Shown here one piece after another: positions 7,145-11,450 of a stretch of DNA of 11,450 nucleotides. How positions within the stretch are numbered: position 1 is the stretch's first letter; every line of letters starts with the position of its first letter. The DNA is from Candidatus Altarchaeum sp. CG2_30_32_3053 (GTDB lineage Archaea; Altiarchaeota; Altiarchaeia; Altiarchaeales; Altiarchaeaceae), in NCBI GenBank assembly GCA_001873845.1, contig MNZY01000070.1, forward strand, positions 1 through 11,450, given 5' to 3'. The notes under the pieces were generated by a model. That model had not been told where the DNA came from. It made no database searches and worked only from the letters and a program-made list of their open reading frames with translations. A program made the translations under genes and the position numbers.

Positions 7145-7431
7145 TTTTCAACTATCATGAATAGACATTCCATTATGCGCTCTGATTTGCATTCCGGGCA
7201 TTTTGACGGACTCTTTATCTTTTCCCTTTCTTTGAATACAAATCCGCAATTTATGCACTCTGCTGGTTTTATCATCAGTTTTCCTCTGTGAGAAATGCTT
7301 TTCTTTATGTGTTTTATGTCATCGGCAATAACTTTTTCAGGAAATTTATAACGTATAGATAATGCCCTGATACATATCCATCCATTTTTTAATTCTTCTG
7401 TTAGCCGCTGCCTTCTTGTATACTCGGTCAT
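7141..7431 (-). CDS. Small HTH-like domain fused to a C4 Zn-ribbon (COG3357-like predicted transcriptional regulator), translationally coupled to the radical-SAM gene.
   Basis: The 96-aa protein has N-terminal 'TRRQRLTEEL...IRALSIRYKFPEKVIADDIKHIKKS' (HTH-like) and C-terminal 'CINCGFVFKEREKIKSPSKCPECKSERI', a CxxC...CxxC zinc ribbon. This pattern matches my memory of the archaeal HTH and Zn-ribbon regulator family. Its stop TGA overlaps the start ATG of the downstream gene by 4 bp (ATGA). Confidence 0.6.
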   Translation of the reverse strand: MTEYTRRQRLTEELKNGWICIRALSIRYKFPEKVIADDIKHIKKSISHRGKLMIKPAECINCGFVFKEREKIKSPSKCPECKSERIMECLFMIVEK

Positions 7432-7565
7432 TTTTTATGAATCTGATAATGAACATGTCTGATAAAAATGTATAAAAATGTGGTGCTGGCCTACTAAAAT
7501 TGGGATAATTATATATTTGTTTTTTTACTAATATTTCTTTATTTATTTCTTCCTCAACGCAACCT

Positions 7566-7582
7566 GCCGCAAAAAACCCGTT
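7566..7582 (-). terminator. Putative oligo-T archaeal terminator downstream of gltX.
   Basis: A T6 run on the minus strand (A6 at 7571-7576 on the plus strand) is flanked by G/C ('cggg tttttt gcggcagg'). It lies about 30 nt after the gltX stop codon. Confidence 0.25.
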
Positions 7583-7605
7583 CCTGACACACCTTTCACA
7601 CCTTT

Positions 7606-9093
7606 TCATCTTTGAGTCCAATAAAACTCAATTTCATTGCCCATAATCTTATCTGCCCTGCAAAATCCGAATGTCTCAAACTGTATAATGTCATTTTCCT
7701 TCAAATTCCTGCAGCCTGTTTCGCAAATACCCTTCGCAATCCTCCCGGGCATATAAATTTTTGCACCTGGGCATAAATTTTCATCCGGAAGCCATAAGAC
7801 CTTTGCAACATTAAAAAATTTCCCTTTTTTTCCCTTCTTTCCGTTAGCCACAACCATCGGACCGTGCGAGTTCTCAACATAATCAGCAATGATTTCCGTT
7901 ATGCCTTCAGCTTTTGTCAGACATTTAACCCGGACATTGCAGGTATTCATCAGCCGGATTTCATCCCCTTCTTTTAATTTTTCCGCATCGCTCTTCTGAA
8001 TTAATAAATTTATTTTGCCTTCCTTCGACACTAAATTAAATTCCCTGAATCCGTAACTGTGTTCCTTATGCAGAGGAAACTGGACATCCATATACGGAAA
8101 ATTTTCAACATTGATTTTTACCGGATCTTCAATGAAAAAATAGCGAAACGATGATTCAATAAATTTCTTATTTTCAAAATACAACGCTTCTTCGCTGAAT
8201 TCAACATCAACATCAGTTACCCCCAAATTCAACATATAATTCCTTATTGCCCGCGGATTTATTCCCCGTCGTTTTAATGCTCTTAATGTCAGCAGATTGA
8301 CATCATCCCATCCTGTAAATTTATTTTCATCAATACCTTTCTTTATCTCACTCTTGCTGATTTTTCCTTCCTGGCCAATGCTCATTATTCCGTAATGAAT
8401 GTATTCCGGCTCTTTCCATCCGAAATATTTATAAATAAATTTTTGCTTTTCCGTGTTTGTAAGATGATCTTTGCCCCTTAAAACATGCGTTATTCCGAGC
8501 AAATGGTCATCTGCTGCAACAGAAAGATTCATCAGGGGATAAACCACTAATTCTTTCTTTTTCAGCCGGGGATGATGTTCTTTTGATACCCTTAACAAAG
8601 GAAAGTCCACCAGAGAAGGATTCGGAGAATTTAAGTCCGTCTTAATTCGCACAGTCCATCCTTCCCTGGCATACATTTTGTCAAAATTTTTTAAATTTTC
8701 CGAAATTTCCATATTTCTGTGTGGGCAGGGCATTTTCTGTAATTTTAATACCTTAAATTTTTCCGGTTCGCAATTACATAAGTAAGCGTGCCCCTTTTCA
8801 ACCAGCTGTCTGGCAAAATTTTCATAAACTGGCAGGCGGTCGCTCTGAATTATCTTCATATCCCAGTCACATCCCACCCATTTTAAATCTTCTTCAATTG
8901 CAGCATAAGATTCCTCATCAACCCTGCCGGGGTCTGTGTCCTCAATCCGTAATATTAATTTTCCGCCGTATTGCCTTGAAATTTCGTCGTTTAATATTGC
9001 TGCCCTTGCGTGTCCGATGTGCAAATATCCCGATGGATTCGGTGCAAATCTGACAATAACCTTTCCTCTTTCCGCGTTTGGAATTTCAATCAT
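7606..9093 (-). CDS. gltX: Glutamyl-tRNA synthetase, archaeal/eukaryotic-type class I (GlxRS family), lacking the usual N-terminal domain.
   Basis: The HIGH motif 'FAPNPSGYLHIGHARAAIL' sits at residues about 16-34. The KMSKS-type motif is 'GKISKSE'. Conserved blocks 'ILRIEDTDPGR' and 'GWTVRIK' are present. Together these give the archaeal GluRS/GlnRS catalytic core. The protein is 495 aa. Confidence 0.9.
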   Translation of the reverse strand: MIEIPNAERGKVIVRFAPNPSGYLHIGHARAAILNDEISRQYGGKLILRIEDTDPGRVDEESYAAIEEDLKWVGCDWDMKIIQSDRLPVYENFARQLVEKGHAYLCNCEPEKFKVLKLQKMPCPHRNMEISENLKNFDKMYAREGWTVRIKTDLNSPNPSLVDFPLLRVSKEHHPRLKKKELVVYPLMNLSVAADDHLLGITHVLRGKDHLTNTEKQKFIYKYFGWKEPEYIHYGIMSIGQEGKISKSEIKKGIDENKFTGWDDVNLLTLRALKRRGINPRAIRNYMLNLGVTDVDVEFSEEALYFENKKFIESSFRYFFIEDPVKINVENFPYMDVQFPLHKEHSYGFREFNLVSKEGKINLLIQKSDAEKLKEGDEIRLMNTCNVRVKCLTKAEGITEIIADYVENSHGPMVVANGKKGKKGKFFNVAKVLWLPDENLCPGAKIYMPGRIAKGICETGCRNLKENDIIQFETFGFCRADKIMGNEIEFYWTQR

Positions 9094-9174
9094 TTTATTA
9101 ATAAATTTACCGGTTAAAAATTTATTGTTAAATATTATTAAGCATTCATAATTAAAAAATTCTTTAAATTTAAA

Positions 9175-9363
9175 ATGGTTAGAAAAATTTTAAAAAGAAT
9201 AAGGAGAGGGACAAATAAAGAAGGTGATACAGGGATAATTGAAAAAAATGCGGAAATTTTCAATACCAACAACAAAATAATTTCAAAGTCCATGGAAAGG
9301 TCATTTATGGGCATGATTGATATTGACCAGGAATTATTAAAAACAGGCATGATTGCAGGTTAA
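9175..9363 (+). CDS. Small hypothetical protein (62 aa), uncertain.
   Basis: This is the only protein-like ORF in an otherwise unexplained 336-bp gap between divergent gltX and EF-1beta. Its K/E/I-rich composition resembles the real genes here, and the antisense ORF is hydrophobic junk. I recognise no motif. Confidence 0.3.
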   Translation: MVRKILKRIRRGTNKEGDTGIIEKNAEIFNTNNKIISKSMERSFMGMIDIDQELLKTGMIAG

Positions 9364-9410
9364 AAATTTTAAAAATTTAAAAACTATTGTATTTAAACGC
9401 TAAATTTAGA

Positions 9411-9428
9411 TTGTTATAATTGTTATAA
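9411..9428 (+). promoter_or_regulatory. Perfect tandem doublet TTGTTATAA x2 abutting the EF-1beta start codon; candidate promoter or TATA-related element.
   Basis: Direct reading. A similar doublet (ATTTGTTATA x2) occurs at 2741-2763 in the SPFH and UPF0280 divergent region. Confidence 0.3.
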
Positions 9429-9429
9429 A

Positions 9430-9729
9430 ATGGGAAAAGAAATAAAGAAATTCAACACAGTTGCGAAATTAAGGATAATGCCAAAGGGAACCGATGTTGA
9501 CTTAAAGAAAATGGAAAGCGATATCAGGGAAATTTTAAGCAAATGCAGAAGCAGTAAATTTCATTCCTCGGAAATAAAACCGATTGCCTTTGGTTTGAGT
9601 GCCCTGGAAACAGTCATATTAATCACGGAAGCAGACAGCGAACTGGAAGGTATAGAGGACAAAATTTCAGACCTACCGTATGCAGAAAGTGTTACGGAAA
9701 CGGATATATACTTATTAAGCGATATTTAA
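9430..9729 (+). CDS. ef1b: Translation elongation factor aEF-1beta (guanine nucleotide exchange factor for aEF-1alpha).
   Basis: 'VAKLRIMPKGTDVDL...' together with 'PIAFGLSALETVILI' matches the archaeal EF-1beta pattern (KIKVMPESPEVDL and EPIAFGLKAL). The protein is about 99 aa. Confidence 0.85.
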   Translation: MGKEIKKFNTVAKLRIMPKGTDVDLKKMESDIREILSKCRSSKFHSSEIKPIAFGLSALETVILITEADSELEGIEDKISDLPYAESVTETDIYLLSDI

Positions 9730-9747
9730 TTATTAAGCGATATTTAA
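9712..9747 (+). repeat. Perfect 18-bp tandem duplication (ttattaagcgatatttaa x2) spanning the EF-1beta stop codon.
   Basis: Direct reading. The first copy encodes the C-terminal LLSDI plus stop. The second copy repeats the same residues and stop immediately downstream. Confidence 0.9.
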
Positions 9748-9756
9748 AATTTATAC

Positions 9757-9772
9757 TTTACGGGCTAATTAT
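9757..9772 (+). promoter_or_regulatory. Candidate TATA box for the L7Ae-S28e-L24e-ndk operon ('aaATTTATACTttacggg').
   Basis: It shares the 'atttatact' octamer with the TATA element at 161-169, and 'tttacggg' also occurs at 26-33. It would give a CA-rich 5' leader of about 95 nt for L7Ae. Confidence 0.3.
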
Positions 9773-9783
9773 TATACATAGAA

Positions 9784-9843
9784 CATACAAATACACAAAT
9801 AATACAAATACACAAAATACACAAATAATACAAATACACAAAA
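9784..9843 (+). repeat. CA-rich tandem repeat: a 26-bp unit 'tacacaaataatacaaatacacaaaa' x2, preceded by a partial copy, inside a G-depleted spacer.
   Basis: Direct reading. The perfect copies are at 9792-9817 and 9818-9843. The surrounding spacer 9748-9884 has almost no G. Confidence 0.85.
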
Positions 9844-9884
9844 ATAAAACCGATAATCAAAATATTAAACAAAAATCAAAACAA

Positions 9885-10253
9885 ATGAAAATGGGTTATG
9901 TAAAATTTGAAGCACCTGCGGAATTACAGATGAAGGCGTTAGAGGTTTTGGAAACCGCAAAAAATACGGGCAAAATAAAGAAGGGAGCAAACGAAGTAAC
10001 AAAAGCAGTGGAAAGGAAGGTTGCAAAATTTGTAGTAATTGCAGCAGATGTGATTCCGTTTGAAAATGTTATGCATCTACCAATGATATGTGATGAAAAG
10101 GAAATTCCTTACCTGTATGTCAATAAGAAAGAAGATGTCGGAAAGGCGATTGGCTTAAAGGTTCCGTGTTCAGCAGCATGTGTTATGGAGGAAGGCAAAG
10201 GAAAAGAGATACTTGCTGATGTTAAGAATAAACTAAAAGCAATTAAAAAGTAA
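9885..10253 (+). CDS. rpl7ae: Ribosomal protein L7Ae, also a K-turn-binding subunit of box C/D and H/ACA sRNPs and RNase P.
   Basis: 'KKGANEVTKAVERKVAKFVVIAADV...HLPMICDEKEIPYLYVNKKEDVGKAIG' is the hallmark L7Ae/L30e block. The start could be the ATG at 9885 or the one at 9891. Confidence 0.9.
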   Translation: MKMGYVKFEAPAELQMKALEVLETAKNTGKIKKGANEVTKAVERKVAKFVVIAADVIPFENVMHLPMICDEKEIPYLYVNKKEDVGKAIGLKVPCSAACVMEEGKGKEILADVKNKLKAIKK

Positions 10254-10277
10254 AAGATTTAATAATCGTGTTTAAAA

Positions 10278-10523
10278 ATGCCTTTAGCAGAGGTCGTTGA
10301 AATCGTCGGAAGGACAGGAATTTACGGCGAAGTAATTCAGGTTATGTGTAAAATGCTGGAAGGAAAAGAGTCGGAGAATATTTTAAGAAGAAATGTCAGA
10401 ACACCTGTAAGGGTGGGAGATATAATCTCTTTGAAAGAAATCGAAAGAGAATCAAGGCCCATAGAGACCGCCCAAAGGAAATTAATGAAACTTAAAAATA
10501 AAAATAAGAGAAAAGCAAGATGA
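10278..10523 (+). CDS. rps28e: Ribosomal protein S28e.
   Basis: 'AEVVEIVGRTGIYGEVIQVMCKMLEG...ILRRNVRTPVRVGDIISLKEIERESR' matches the S28e consensus (AEVIEIIGRTGMTGEVTQV...NV.GP.R.GDIL.L.E.EREAR). Confidence 0.85.
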   Translation: MPLAEVVEIVGRTGIYGEVIQVMCKMLEGKESENILRRNVRTPVRVGDIISLKEIERESRPIETAQRKLMKLKNKNKRKAR

Positions 10524-10708
10524 AATGTTCTTTTTGTGGAAAAGAAATTAAAAAAGGAACAGGATTATTGTTTGTTATGTTGTCCGGAAGAGGGGTTAAT
10601 TACTGCTCTTCTAAGTGCAGAAAGAATGTTGAAATGGGCAGAAAGCAGAGAAAGGTTGAATGGACGGAGCAATACATAAATGAAAAGAAAGCAAGAATAA
10701 AGCAATAA
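10520..10708 (+). CDS. rpl24e: Ribosomal protein L24e.
   Basis: 'MKCSFCGKEIKKGTGLLFV...YCSSKCRKN' is the L24e zinc-binding N-terminus. Its ATG overlaps the S28e stop in an ATGA arrangement. Confidence 0.85.
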   Translation: MKCSFCGKEIKKGTGLLFVMLSGRGVNYCSSKCRKNVEMGRKQRKVEWTEQYINEKKARIKQ

Positions 10709-10746
10709 TAAAAAGCAGAAATCTGACAAATTTAACAAAAGAAAAA

Positions 10747-11163
10747 ATGAATGCGTTTATCATAATAAAGTCGGATGCTGTTAAAAGAAATATAACCGGA
10801 AAAATTTTATCACGGTTTGAAGAAAGAGGGATCAGCATAAAGGCAATGCGTATGATAAAAATAAGTAAAGAAGAAGCAGAAAAATTATACAGCATCCATA
10901 AAGAAAAACCATTTTATCCCTCTTTAATTAATTATATAACTTCCGGCAAGGTTGTTGTTTGTGTGCTTGAAGCAGACACGGATAAACTTATAGAGATTGT
11001 CAGAAAGATGAATGGAAGGACAAATCCTGCTGAAGCAGAGCCTGGAACAATAAGAGGGGATTTTGGGATAGTAATGGAAGCAAATGTAATTCACGCATCG
11101 GACAGTATTGATTCGGTAAACAGAGAAATGCCTATATTCTTCACAAAAGAGGAAACGGAATAA
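10747..11163 (+). CDS. ndk: Nucleoside diphosphate kinase.
   Basis: 'ERGISIKAMRMIKISKEEAEKLYSIHKEKPFYPSLINYITSGKVVVCVLEA...NPAEAEPGTIRGDFGIVMEANVIHASDSIDSVNREMPIFF' matches the NDK consensus, including the NIIHGSD active-site His region. Confidence 0.9.
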   Translation: MNAFIIIKSDAVKRNITGKILSRFEERGISIKAMRMIKISKEEAEKLYSIHKEKPFYPSLINYITSGKVVVCVLEADTDKLIEIVRKMNGRTNPAEAEPGTIRGDFGIVMEANVIHASDSIDSVNREMPIFFTKEETE

Positions 11164-11200
11164 GAAATTTATTTCTTGTCTTTCTTGCCTTATTTTTATC
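11164..11200 (+). terminator. Pyrimidine/T-rich archaeal terminator after ndk.
   Basis: 'gaaatttatttcttgtctttcttgccttatttttatc' follows immediately after the ndk stop codon. Confidence 0.45.
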
Positions 11201-11376
11201 AGGATATATGATTTCAAAAACGGAATTTTGAAAGATACGATTATATAAATGATTTTCAAAATTGTAGAGATTTTAAAAATACACAAAAGAAGTAAGGGCA
11301 AAGATCAAAAATTTAAAAATTTAATTTAAAAATCTTTAAAATAGATATTGTAGATATGTTTAAGGAGCAAAAAGTG

Positions 11377-11450
11377 ATGACTCTTGATATATTATCCAAA
11401 AAAGCAAAATGCTCAGGAAAGACAATTCTAAGAAGACTTAAGGAACATGG
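11377..11450 (+). CDS. 5' end of a downstream gene (partial, runs off the window). A possible HTH-type regulator, but it is not the aIF5B that often follows ndk.
   Basis: AGGAG at 11363-11367 lies 9 nt upstream of the ATG. An in-frame GTG sits at 11374. The N-terminus reads 'MTLDILSKKAKCSGKTILRRLKEH'. Only 24 codons are visible. Confidence 0.3.
   Translation, partial: MTLDILSKKAKCSGKTILRRLKEH

Noticed and set aside
7346-7621. 91-aa minus-strand ORF containing C-x2-C spacing, spanning the spacer between gltX and the Zn-ribbon gene.
   Set aside because: It overlaps the 5' end of the well-supported Zn-ribbon/HTH gene by about 85 nt in another frame, and it overlaps the gltX 3' end. Its composition follows the AT-rich spacer. 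It is more likely a promoter or terminator region than a gene.
9845-9884. K-turn autoregulatory element in the L7Ae leader.
   Set aside because: The leader is almost devoid of G. Only two GA dinucleotides are present, and I could not arrange them into a C-stem/3-nt bulge/tandem G.A/NC-stem K-turn. It is left as an open question, not a call.

Overview
This is an AT-rich archaeal chromosomal segment with compact genes and short intergenic spacers. The TATA-like promoters and oligo-T terminators are typical of Euryarchaeota or DPANN-like genomes.

The right half (about 7.6 to 11.2 kb) is core translation machinery: archaeal-type glutamyl-tRNA synthetase on the minus strand, then on the plus strand aEF-1beta, ribosomal proteins L7Ae, S28e and L24e (S28e and L24e share an ATGA start/stop overlap) and nucleoside diphosphate kinase. 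A partial downstream ORF follows.

The left half holds accessory genes. There is a PIN-like hypothetical protein, then a minus-strand SPFH/stomatin followed by a family-2 glycosyltransferase, probably co-transcribed. Next is a plus-strand UPF0280 (ApbE-superfamily) protein 15 bp upstream of a full-length Elp3, which has a radical-SAM domain and a GNAT domain. Convergent to Elp3 is a minus-strand pair: a small HTH/Zn-ribbon protein overlapping a 576-aa B12-binding radical-SAM enzyme by 4 bp.

Four pieces of structure are not explained by the genes: (1) a 25-bp tandem repeat array of 4 full and 3 half units that fills the divergent promoter region and ends 3 nt before the UPF0280 start codon; (2) a perfect 18-bp tandem duplication spanning the EF-1beta stop codon, followed by a G-depleted CA-rich spacer with a 26-bp tandem repeat before L7Ae; (3) 12-13-bp in-frame repeats encoding a charged N-terminal extension of Elp3; (4) a 9-bp inverted repeat plus GC-rich islets in the first 184 bp.

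The most likely candidates for undescribed biology are the UPF0280-Elp3 operon and the regulator-like small protein translationally coupled to the B12-radical-SAM enzyme. All calls come from reading the sequence and from remembered family signatures; no database search was possible.
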